Shown here one piece after another: positions 14,201-27,147 of a DNA stretch of 64,000 nucleotides. The stretch is taken from contig OZ316776.1 of assembly GCA_973851085.1 (NCBI GenBank), positions 4,464,001 to 4,528,000 of the forward strand. The letters are read 5' to 3'. The notes below the pieces were generated by a model, which worked only from the letters and a program-made list of their open reading frames with translations, did not search any database and had not been told where the DNA came from. This stretch comes from Ptychomitrium polyphyllum (taxonomy: Eukaryota). The position numbers and the translations under genes are program-made. How positions within the stretch are numbered: position 1 is the first letter of the stretch; every line of letters starts with the position of its first letter.

Positions 14201-16592
14201 TACACACAATAATACACTAGGTACTTGTAGGCCTGAGGCAGCTTCAAAGCTTTCTCATTAAAATAATCACAGATTTTGAGTGACACTTCATAATTTCCGT
14301 GGGCCCAAACTAATAAATATATGAAATATGGCATTTCCATTTTATTTAAGGAGAGAAGTATCCTTTGCTTACAAAGTTGAAACATTTGCTATTAGTCTAG
14401 GAGAGAAGTATCCTTTGCAGGGCGTGTTGCTCTTGTGGCCCTTATTGCCTATGTATCACTTTGTTAGGTTTCCAAGCCCTCCTTTGGCACCTAGATCATC
14501 CACGTTTTTCATTCATATTCAAGAAAAAAACTTGGTTTACATTTTGCTAATTTTCCTTTTCATAGTTGTACATCTAATTACTCAATTTCTTTAAAATTGC
14601 AAACTAAAAATCATAAATCATAAATCATAAAATTTCAAAACCTTGGAATTGTTTAGAAGACTAACCTATTTTCTTATTTTGTATGTATCATGATCATATC
14701 ACCCGTAGACTTCAAGACTTGACCTTCTAAGGTTTGTAAGTTTATTGCATCATTTTTGCTTTAGTATTTCATTTCTCCTTAATCTAGCAAATAGAAAACT
14801 TGTTCTAAAATCTAAATAAAAAAATTTCTTCAATATAAACATCAAATTATTATGATGAACAAAAATTCAATAACTAAATTATCTTTTCTTGTAAACCAAA
14901 AAAAACATGCAATTTTGGCCCCTCCTTCCTTTTTTCCAAGCTTATCTCAAGTAATATTCTCATTCTAAAGCCTTTACTAACTTCATCTCCAATTTGGTCT
15001 TCAAGTCATCATTTTCAATTTATACTAATAATTTTATAAATATCTTAGAACCTTCTATCAACCCTATATGAGCTTATTGCTTAAATATTTTATATTGGAT
15101 AAATTAAAAAAATTCCCTTAAGTCTCAAAAATTCTAATCTAGATCATAACATCCTATAATTGAATGACCTTGGACCATAATCAGTATTACCAAAATAAGG
15201 TTCCTTTTTTCCTTCAAGTACTAAACTTTGTTAAATATTATCTATAGTGTAACAGCTTGAAAAGTGCTCCATTGTAGGAGTGGTGCAAGGTCATCCGAGG
15301 AGCATTGAAAACAAAGGCCTATGACTACATGACACATGACACAGCGTAGGAGTGTAGAGGTACTTTGTCCAAAAACAGGAATTAGAACCCTCCGCTGACC
15401 AGACACTGAGAGAGGAAACCTACTAACCATAAATTAGTGTACAAATGAAGGGCATCTAGCTCGTCCTTCCAGATGTCCATGAGTCGGTGACTGATTGGAT
15501 GCCACTCTACAGTGGATGGTTCCCTCTGTATCGTATATGTTTTAGTTGTACAGTTCCTATAATATTGTGCAGTTGCCTATAGTATTGTACAGTTCCCAGG
15601 AGGCCGTTTGCTACAAACCTGGCCGTTCAATAATTTTACCAGTTGGGTAAATTTGGGTCCAACTTATAATTTAGGCCTACTTTCTAATGTGAGGTCCAAC
15701 GAATTGCACATACTTTGAAGGCATATGGTTTTGCATACTGTATGTTCAAGAATAAGTTGCATTATATCTGTAAAATAAGAACTCTAGCAGCAGTGACTCA
15801 TGTGACATTTAGGTTTAAGTTTTACGATTTTTATAGAAAACAGAAAAAGTCAAATTTTGAGACCTGAAGCATTGGCGCACTTTTTCAAGCCCTTCCAAGG
15901 AAAACATATAAATTGTGTAATTGCAAGATTAGAAATTCAGTAGAGATGAATGTCCAACAGTGTTCATCAGCGCTTTTTTGGTCGAACGGTATTTCCTAAA
16001 AATAAATTGGGCTCTGCACACGTCATCTGCAGGGCAGTTGTTGAAGTCAATTCATTTAATAATTCAAGCTATTAAAAGGTATATTTTTTTAAAAAACCAT
16101 TTAACAGCATTCTTACTTCGATTTCTTCAAGCACATAATAATTTCGTCGGTAATTTCTTTCTTCAGCCAATTTCTTTAGTTCGAAACGTAGTGTTTACTG
16201 CTTCTATAGTTTGGTTACTACAAACGGAGCACATACCAATTTTCTAGTAAGTCTAAAGTCAACTGCATATTATATTCTGGAGAAAAACCAGAAGATAATT
16301 GATAAGCAAGTATTCTAAACTATTAGTGTTTCTAATTGATAGTAGGGATGATGAAATGATTCTATTCTCACTTATGCTGGTGACCATGATGTCCTTGTCA
16401 CTTCTTCGAGGGAGGAGAAAAACTGAGCTGGTGGGCCTGGGGCAGGCCTTTCAAGGTCCAACACTGTGCGGGCATCACGACATTATTGAAACAGAAAGGT
16501 TTCCTTTTCTGTAATCGAAATTCAATATACTGCTTCCAACTCATTTCATCAAAAACTTTCTGGCAACTTGCAGTGAATCCAGCTGCACAAGA

Positions 16593-16640
16593 GATGGGTT
16601 GATGGGTTGATGGGTTGATGGGTTGGTGAGTTGATGAGGA
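16593..16640. repeat. (GATGGGTT)n short tandem repeat
   Basis: About 4 exact plus degenerate units. Confidence 0.85.
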
Positions 16641-19465
16641 GCAAGTTAGCAGTTCCTATCAAATTTATGGGCCTTGTTTCACCTTCTTGGCTAAACTAGC
16701 ACATCAATATGAAGAGAAGGTACTATTTTATGACTTGTACATGAAATGCATTGGTCACTTATTAAGAATTTGGAAAATATTTACACAGGGTCTTGGTTTG
16801 AGCAACTTCTGGCAGTATTTATTACTGTAGTATAGGTGGAGTTAGAAACATCTAGTACACTTGCACCACATCATTTCATTTGTTGGTTGTATCTGACTTA
16901 TCTCCTTAGATCAATTACCAGCATGTATAATAAATGTATTATAAAATATAAAACTGAAATCAAATTGGAATAAATATGAAAATTACATGTGTAGACTTAT
17001 AGATCATACTAGGCAGTTCATATGGCAGTGGATAAAAGTGCAAACCCTGAGGAGTTGTCAATTAACACAACTTGAAATTATTTTGTGATTCAGAGATGAA
17101 CTTAAAGCATATAGAAGCTTTGATTTGTTGCATTACATGACACTTCATTGCATGCAAAGCTGCATTGGATGGATGGAGTACACAATTTATGAAGTCTTCA
17201 TTTAGTTATAAACTTCATGTTAATTGGAATTATAAGTGCCAATTAGGATTGGAAGGGGTATTAGTTGGAGAAGCTTCTTTGGTTTAGCATTTTTTTGGCC
17301 AATTCAAGTTTTGTAAATAATTATGAAAGATCTTGTTGTAGTCTTTTTTGGATATTGTGATTTAGCTATTAAGTAAAAATGAAGGTTTTTAATCACTTGT
17401 ACACTTGAATTTTTCTTTTGTGGAATGAAAGTGGCTTAACTTAAAAATTGTGATTTTTCTTTTGTTCTTTGAACATGTGTTTGTTATGCACTATTGTTTG
17501 ATTTTGTTTATTGCAAATTGGATAATGATTGTGGTACTCAAATTATTATATTTCAAAATCTTCATCTATAACATAGAATAAATTCCAAAATGATTCTTCA
17601 AAATTGACTAATTAATCGAATTCAACCAAAATTATAAAACTACAAAATTAGTTGCTATAATGGTTTATAGTTTTTCTGTAAAATACACAAGATTTGGAAA
17701 CTTATTATTGATGGTGGATTATTCACATTTAAATCAACAAGGAAAAATAAAAAGGAGAACTGTAACGTCAAATAAATATTATTTTTAATCAAAATCCATT
17801 AAGGAATTGTAGATTGCCATACAAATGTCAATCAATGCATCATACCTCAAATAATAATTTCTTTATATTTTAACACCTTCAAATATAAAAGGTCTTACAA
17901 TTGGCACCAAGATATTATCTAATGAAAATTAAAATTTTGGATATTTGTATATTATATGATTTTTTTAGTAATCACATATTATAGATATTCTATTTTTCTT
18001 TAATGCTTTTTAACTTGAAAATATCCCATATCTTTTCAATATTTTTTAAAGTTATGTATAAGCATTTCATAAGGAGGAAAGAACTAGTATTTTTACAGTT
18101 TAGTTATTCAAACATTAAAAGCATCTTAATTTTTTAAATGCATGTGGTTCTTTTATTAAACAATGCAATAAAGAGTGATTGTAGAGGTGCACAATTTAAC
18201 CACAGCTTAACACAATACCACAATAAAGACTTGAACGTTGTAATTCACCATTTTGTTTTTCATGCAAAAATTTAATAATATCAAATAAATATCGAACTCA
18301 TTTTTGCTTTCTTTTTCTTTCAAAACTCTGTTTTACTTTGTACTTACACTTGGAATATAAAGTTACAGTTTATATTTTCAATTTTCAAATAATTCCATTT
18401 TTGTTGATATTTTCATAACATTTCAACAAAATAAGGTTTATTATAAAAATAATTCAATAATTTATGGATATCAATCATGTAAAGGTCTGTAATAGGATAA
18501 TATCAATAAAATAATTCAATCACAAAGTGACCTTTCATTCATGGAAATTTTAAGAATTTTTAATTAAACAAATTAAATAGCAACATTAACACCCTGTGAG
18601 TAGTTTTCAACAATTCTTCATAAATGTTTTTTTAACCTTCTTCTCTTTAATTGTAGTCACATATAAAGATTAATCAAAAAAATTCAAAAAGAAGTTTGAA
18701 TGATAAATAAATAAATAGAACACATAAAGACCAAAAAACCAAGAAATTATTTTCAACCATATTTCAAAATTATTGATGAAATTCAAATTTGAAAAACGCC
18801 CTTATATTTATATTAAATAAACTTATATACAAATTCTATGATAAAAAGATTAGTTTTGATTAAAACTAGATAATGGAATTAGTTGTGACATTTTCATCAC
18901 TTACACTAGAAGCTAAACTGAAACTTCAAAAACTATGTTTCATTGTATATCCAATAATTTATTATGTATATCATATTTGTTAGAGATTTAATTGATTTTC
19001 AAGTTGATCTTTATCCATCATTTCATTTTAGAATCCTTTGCATTAAAAACAAATAATTCAAAGTAATTCCATCATTTGGATGTTTGTACATTGTCAACAA
19101 TTTACCCTTAAGTTTATGAGAAGTTCAATATATTTGAATTTAAAATTACTTTTGAAACACTCAATTCAACACTAGGTGTTTTTTAAAGTATTGAATATAT
19201 TTTTGTGGTCAAAAATTGATACTATGACTTTAAAAAAACCACTTGAAAACTTATTGGTAGTAAAATTTGATATTTTTCATGGCTATACAAGAAATCATAT
19301 TTATTATCACCTATATTACATATCAACAAACTTTTGATTGAATGAAAAAAGGGATTTATATACTGTTTATAAACAGTTTCATGAATGGAGGCCATATAAC
19401 ACAAAATACAATTTCTGATTTGCTGTAATTCATCATATATGGTCCTTTGTTGAGCATCTTTAGCT

Positions 19466-19495
19466 ACTAGATAGGTGGTTGCCCGCAAGGGAGAC
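19466..19495 (-). mobile_element. Candidate Helitron 3' terminus
   Basis: Minus strand reads GTCTCCCTTGCGGGCAAC (imperfect GC-rich hairpin), a 7-nt spacer, then CTAG followed by T. No 5' end or RepHel coding sequence identified. Confidence 0.4.
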
Positions 19496-22452
19496 TATGC
19501 CATAATTGGTTGAAGTTTATGCATGAGGGTTAAGAGTAAAAAAATGATGAAATTGGCAGTGAAGACACTATTTTTGTACTCTGGTTCCTGATATGTTACT
19601 CACTCTACAAACAAAGGGCATACAACTGTGGCTTATATTATTCTACTTTACTTTAGCTTTGTTAGTTTTAATTGGTTGCACACAGTGAGAGAACCACTGC
19701 AACGCGGATACAAACCGACTGACTCTGCATGCCCTTATTTCCTTAGCCTTGAGGATCCATGTGCTAAGTCAATACGCACAGCTTTTCATGATGCATCTTC
19801 CAGTTGTTAGCTTGACCATTGGACTTTGTGGAAGTACCAACAACTCTGTCTTACTGCTCACCTTTCCGCGTTTGCTAATTTGTGTCTGGAAGAGATGTGG
19901 AGTAAACGTTCATAAGTTGGTTTAATTCATGAGTAGAAATACTCATTCTTTGCATCCAATTGAAAACCTGAATAAGAATGCCTGCTAGTTTCTCCTGGAA
20001 AAAAAAAACATGTTCTCAAGGTATCATGTGTCTCAAATGTTGGTCATAATCTCAGAAACTGATTGGTCATGCTAAGCTCCATCATGGAAATACATGAGAC
20101 AGGCATTCAGGACATAGGGACACTTCAAACAGAATAAAAATGTGTACGTGTACAGAATTACTGCCTCCGTTCAACAAGCACTGCTTATGAAATCTGAGTT
20201 TCTGAAGCTTACAAGTTACCTGGTCAGAAGAGATGCAGGTTTGTGATTACAACATTATTCTCATAAGATTTGTTACAATTTCAAAAGAAGTCCATTCCCT
20301 CATTTCTCATTATAGGTCCCATAGGTAACAAAATATACAAATCTAAATGTAAATTATCTCAACACTACTATAATATATCTCACACAAAAATTAAAACAAA
20401 GTGTTGCAATGTCAATTTCACAATACTGCTTTGTGGTATATGCTTCTTCTATCATTCTCTAAGTTTGGCATGGAAACCATTATGCATTTGTCAAATACAA
20501 ATATACAGACCAAGAACAAGTAATTTGTTTTGAAAATTGCACTTCTACCAACAACTAATCGAAAGTGATAACATTTATCTTCCAAATGAATGAATAGGAA
20601 CATAATAAAACCACCACACATTCCATATACTAAGTTTATAGATTTCTTTGAATTGCAAATGAAAAAAAATCAATAAAGAGATAAATTAATCAAGGTTGTC
20701 TTTCATGTATATTTCTATCAACCTCATTGGAACTTCCTATTGATTTTATGAATTAAAATAAAAACATACTTCTTAATTAAATTTTACAAGTAATATCAAT
20801 ACAATTCATGAACTTTTCAAGTTATGTAAATTTTTTATAGGAAAATCAATTGCACTATGTAAGTGATTCATAAATGACAATTATTCATGGTTCAGTCAAT
20901 AATTAAAAAAACTATTAATTAAATTTACAAGTTTAATAATAACGGTGCTATTCCATTTTAGAATACATTTACATATTATTGTAGGTGATGACAAAAATGA
21001 CAAATTTTATGTACTCAATCAAAACCTATTAGATGATTTATAAAAAGAAAGTATTGATTTTATTGTCAATATCATGAAATGCAATAATAGTTTTAATGAA
21101 GTTAGAGTTGATTGATATGCATAAATTGAACAACTTTTTTTTATAAATTTGTCATTTAAAAAAAAAAGTAATCCAAATCTTGACCTTCTCTTACTTTCAA
21201 TATGTATTCTTATATAAGCCCTACATAAGAATACACTCTATATAGCTAATTTTTGAGTGCTACATACATAACATTCTTCACCAATTGGAACAACTAACCT
21301 TCACAACGGAGAGAAAGAAATCTGCAATAAATGATAATGAGAGCATATGACAATGATTGCATGAAAACATGAAAGCATGAATCTGAATCTAGTTTGGTGG
21401 CTTGGCGTACAAACTCCCTCAATCTTAGAATTTCTGAGGAAGGAATAATTCTTATGGAAGAGGGTGCTCGGAGGGGTCCCTGAAGAATGTCAAGTGGACC
21501 TCCATGCTTTTTGTTCCAATCCAAAGCACTGGCCCCGACCGTGCCCTCCAGCTAGGCGAAAACAAACGCATTCCAGCTGGGCGAATTCGCTCGCCGTCCA
21601 TCAGTCACAGCCGCGTCGGCGTTCCAACCGCAGGCGACCGTCATAGTCGTCGTCGCTGATTGCACGCCATCGACCGGTGCTTCGATGGCAGTGCCCCCTG
21701 CTCGCTCTCTCTCCCTTGTCCCACCTGCAGTCACAAGTGGAGCATCACACCTCAACCATGATTGGAATTAGCGACAGTGTTGTCCGCTTTTGACCGGGGC
21801 GCCACCACATTTCCCCTGCGCACTCCCTTTCCTCCCTGAAACAGCGCAAGGCCCCCCCCTCCCAAAATAATGCACCTCACTCCCGCACCCTAAACCCGCG
21901 CCACGGCAGGGCTGCCGGGCACTAACGCATGCAGTCACGGGCAGCGACCCTGCATTATCAGTGGGCCCCGCAACCCCGCTACCCCACAACAACAGCTAGC
22001 TACGTCTGCTTGACCGCCTCCGTCCATCGAAGGCCAACCAGAAACAGACTACTCAACTAGCCCAACTGAGCTACTGCAGCAATGGCTCCTAGCCTTGTAT
22101 GAATGATACATAGTATTATTAAAAAATATTGCCCCCACGCTCACAGCTCCAGCCCTCTTAAGCCTGCTTCAGCATTTGCACTGATCAGTATTCCTCTTTA
22201 CTTGTCCCAACTCCAGTCCTCGCCCGTTCGAGCCCCCTCTGCTGCCTGAGCTCCCTATGTGGCTGGAGCTCTCAGTAGCTGGTATCTGCTTGTCTAGTTT
22301 GTACTAGTGTTTGGGTGGTATATGTGTATCAAACTTTTAAATCAGGTGAAGATCATGAGTGGGTATAGAATACGTCTTTGAAGTCGATCAGAAGGTTTGG
22401 ATCCGGTAGTTGATCAAGTTTGAGCTGCTGAGGTGAGAACCGGAGGTGTGAG

Positions 22453-25450
22453 ATGGCGGATTCTTTGGAGAGCTTTGTGACGCCTGGGACGCTGCCAGTG
22501 TTCGTGGAGCAGCTGCTCAATCTATGGCTGTCTGTGAGGGGGCCTGTGGTGGCGCCGCTGCTGCAATTCGCCATCAATGTGTGTTTGGTGATGGTGACAA
22601 TGCTGTTCGTTGAGCGCATTTTCATGTGCGGAGTCATGGTGTTCGTCAAGTTGCTGAGGCGGACTCCTGAGTCGGTGTACAAGTTTCAGCCTATCAGGGA
22701 TGATATGGAATTCGGGAACTCCGCGTATCCCATGGTTCTTGTACAGATTCCCATGTACAACGAGAAGGAGGTATATGATAATATCCTGAACTTTGGCTTG
22801 AAGGGCAGTAGATCTTGCTTGGTGGTAATGTACATTTTTTCAAAGATTGTGCATTCAGGTTCTAGAAGTCAGTTTACGCAAGAAACATAATGCATTTGTC
22901 TAGTATGATGAATTGATTTTTTGTTTCCAGGTGTACCAACTGTCTATTCAGGCAGCCTGTGGACTGTCGTGGCCAGCGGACAGGGTGATCATCCAAGTGT
23001 TGGATGACTCTACCGATCCCACCACCAAGGTAGGCCATCTTCCAGTAATGTAATTTTCGAAACAGTGATCCTGAGAATCTCTGTTACTAGCAGTAGCCTG
23101 CTCACGGACGGCGGATTTGTTTCTGAATTGTTAGCTGGCGGTGGTGCAGGAATTGGTTCAAATTGAAGTCCAGCGCTGGGCAAGTAAGGGCATCAACATC
23201 AAGTACGAAACCCGCCCTAACAGGAAGGGATACAAGGCCGGTGCTCTGAAACAAGGCATGAAATGGCCATATGTTGCGACCTGCGACTATGTAGCCATCT
23301 TCGATGCCGATTTCCAGCCTGAGCCAGATTTTCTGATTCGGACCGTGCCCTTCCTTGTCCAGAATTCTAAGATCGCTCTAGTGCAGGCTCGCTGGAAGTT
23401 TGGTGAGTTCCACACCCCATACTCTCACATTCACACTCTGATGCTGCCACTAGAACTTCATCACAGCCTTTTCCATTGTAAAGCACAAACTAGAACATGT
23501 CAACTCACCTTGGCTTCCTTTTCTATCAATCATACAAATTATTCTCTATGTAAATCGATTTAGTGACTTGATTAGTAACCTCGAAAGCTATATTTAGAGG
23601 CAGCGAATCGTTCCGTTTGGTGTGAATCTGGGACCCCAGCATGGGTCATACTGACATGCCAGTAACCATATCATAGGCTTCAGTAAGTGAATCCCCTGAC
23701 CTTCCTTGTTCACCGACATGGTGCCAATAATTCAAGCAGTGCCACGTGGACGCGCCTTCGTTGGAAAGCTGGTATCAGGCTTTCTGTGGCACTGTAATGG
23801 ATTTGTCTCCGGATGATAATTCAAGCCCTCGTACTACTACATGACAACCGAGCATCGCCATCCTCGGTACAGGCCCATCAATTTTGGAGCAGACCACTTC
23901 TTAGCCTTTTGTAGTAATTTCTATACAGTCAACCACACTTGAGAATTCTACATATCTGACTTACCCATTCTTATCGTGAGCTCTATTCGGGGGAATGCCA
24001 GATAGACTCCTCCTGTCAGCCTGTCATTCAAACGCCGGCAGAACCGAATCCGAATATTTCTCCTATATGCAGAATTAAAAATGTCTTTTCCACGTTGGTT
24101 TTTTGGTGCTAACCTAGTCAGTGATTTGGGAAATTGTTGCAGTGAACGCAAATGAGTGCTTGATGACGAAGATGCAAGAAGTGTCGTTGAATTACCACTT
24201 CTCAGTTGAACAGAGGGTCGGCTCTGCCACTTATGGCTTCTTTGGGTTCAATGGAACGGCTGGAGTGTGGAGGATCCGGGCCATGGAGGAAGCAGGCGGC
24301 TGGAATGATCGCACAACTGTTGAGGACATGGACTTGGCAGTGCGTGCAGGTCTGTGCGGGTGGAAGTTTGTATACTTGCATGACCTTGAGGTGAAGAATG
24401 AGCTGCCCAGTACTTTCCAGGCCTTCCGATTCCAGCAACACAGGTGGTCATGTGGACCTGCTAACCTCTTCCGCAAAGTGTTGCCCACCATCTTGAACAA
24501 CAAGGTAATTACTTCACTTGTGCCAAATTAATCTCACACTGTTACTCGACTGGAGATTTTATGAAATAGTTAACACTATGATTAGATTTGGAATGACAGT
24601 CGTTTGATATATGTACAGGTGAATCCATTATGGAAGAGACTGCACATGATCTACGCTTTCTTCTTCGTTCGCAAGATCGTGGCTCACATTGTTACTTTCA
24701 CTTTCTACTGTGTGGTCATCCCAGCCTCTGTGTTGGTTCCTGAAGTGGACTTGCCGCTCTGGGGAGCCGTGTATGTGCCATCTACCATCACGCTCCTCAA
24801 CGCCATCACTACTCCCAAGTAAGTTTCCAAATCAATTCAAAATTCAACTATTAAGGTCAATCAGAGGTCAAACATGGTATACCCTTTCTTTTCTTAGAAT
24901 TTATCAAATTAAAATTTCTTCCTATTTTTAACGTCTCTGAGCATGGATCCAGGTCTTTGCACTTGTTGGTGTTCTGGATCCTTTTCGAGAATGTGATGTC
25001 CCTCCACCGCACCAAGGCCACCATCATTGGGCTGCTCGACATTGGAAATGTCAACGAGTGGGTTGTTACTGAGAAGCTAGGAAACCTAATGAAGTACAGG
25101 TCAGCCAAGTACGGGAAGAAGTATACTTTGCAGCGAATGGCAAGCAACATCCTTGCAAGGGGATGGAAAATGTCCGAAAGGTAAAGGTTATGTCTTCATT
25201 CTTTGAGTTCTCGATTTTCGTATTATCTTATGTCGCCATCAAACCAATGCTGATTTGTATCTTAAATCCATCTTGTTACAGGATGCACTTGTTGGAGCTA
25301 TGGACAGGAGGGTTTTTGATGTTCTGTGCTTTTTATGACTTCTACTTTCAAGGAAAGAACCATTTCTTCTTCTACTTGTTTCTGCAATCCTGCGCATTCC
25401 TAGTCATGGGCTTCGGATATGTGGGCACTTTCCTTCCTTCTTACTCATAG
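22453..25450 (+). CDS. CSLA: Cellulose synthase-like A, copy 2; exons 22453-22770, 22931-23029, 23150-23402, 24143-24504, 24619-24818, 24953-25180, 25282-25450; 542 aa
   Basis: Six GT-AG introns join the fragments in frame (1629 nt). Same motifs as copy 1 and a near-identical protein. Confidence 0.96.
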
Positions 25451-27147
25451 ACTAACCATAGTAGTTTCGAGAATTCAATCCAATTTTCCAAGAGCTAGTT
25501 CAGTGAGGAGGATTGCCTCACTCAGCTGCCTCTTTAGTTACTAGATTAAGTTAGTGGCTTGCCCACACCCTTCCAGCCTGTAACATAAACCCTTCAATAA
25601 TTTTTTCTACAGTTCAGCTATTAAGACCTCTTCACACCCTTCTTGACTTTCAGTGCTGTCCAGACTGATGGCATTACTAAGAACTTGAGGCATGAAGTGC
25701 CAACATTGTTTGATGTGCCTATATTACCCTATGCACATAGGTGACTCAATCCGAGTTTGACGCATTGCTGATCAGACGGTATTCTGAATGGTTTTCACAA
25801 AGATTGAGTTCGATTTTTTTTTTTTTTCGTTCCCTTTCCTATTCACAGAACTGATACTTTCTATCCAATCAAATGATGAACTGTTGCATTATTGGTAGTC
25901 TGGAACGGAAGTATGTCTAGAGTCAGTGCCTACTGTATGTTACAACACATCCACTGTCCTAGAATCTCCTTTCCCAATCGTCAACTCTTATAGGGTATAT
26001 CCATAAATATCAATTTTTATGGTCCGTGTGGCTAGTATGGAGACAGAATTTTGTTTTTGTTTATCCTTCTTTCAAAACTTCATATGCCACCTGTATGCTG
26101 CAAACTTTCGCAGAGTCAACTTTTCAAAAGTAATAGTAAAATACATGAATTATTATTATTAAAAAAAAAAAACAAGCGTTATAATTTACTAATAGAAAAA
26201 TATTGTAATGAAATGGAAATGTAGTTTATAGGTCCATCATGAGCTTGTAGCAAATTGTTAAGGTGAAAATGACAGGATTTAAATATGATGCTAGTTTGGT
26301 TAGAACTGTAGGACAGAAGAAACTGTAACTAGTCTAATTCTATTTTTTCTTTTGTATTTTATATATACTGGGTAAAGTAGGAAAATAATTTGGAAAATAG
26401 CGAATTTATGAAACATCTATATTTATTTCTTGCTACCTTTTAATTTGCAATAAATAGCATAATTCCAATAAAAAACAATCTTATCTTTTACATGCCTTCT
26501 TGTAGTATTACTTCTATATCACAATTATGAATTAATAAATTTAAAAAAAGTACTTTTAAGCTTCAATTCCTATTATTATAAAAATTATGCTTTGTTACTT
26601 TTGAAAGAAGGAAAATGCATATTTTATCTTTAGGATTAGTGGAATATTGATGCAAGTACAAGAACATGAAAAACTCAATTGCTGAGACAACCAATATACT
26701 CATTTCTTTGCAATTTTGATTGGCTTAGGTACAAATGCTATGAAGGCTCAACTTTTTCATAAATTTCATATATTAATTCTTTGATACTTCCAATTCTATT
26801 GTTGAAATTAATTTATTTCTTTTTACATTTTAAAGATTGTAGCAATTTTAACTTTTATAATATTACAAAGATAATTTTGATGAAGGCCTACAATTGACAA
26901 TCTTTATATAACTTGCATAGTACCATTTGTATGAGAAAGTCACACCAAAATAAGTACCAATAATGCAATACATTAAGGACAGAGGTCTATTATACATTTA
27001 TATTACCAACAAAAAATTTAAAGTGCAATTTTGCTCATATAAAGTTTCCAAACGAAAGTGTTCTTATAGAATGGATATACAATATGTAAATTATAACTTA
27101 GCAACGTTCAAAGATAATTAAATTGAGAAACAATGGCAATACAGTTA

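Noticed and set aside
21716..21900. Telomerase-RNA-like locus (GTCCCACCT USE-like motif plus CCCTAAACCC)
   Set aside because: No TATA box at the expected spacing and no poly-T terminator nearby. It lies in the GC-rich upstream region of CSLA copy 2, so a telo-box-like motif is the simpler explanation.
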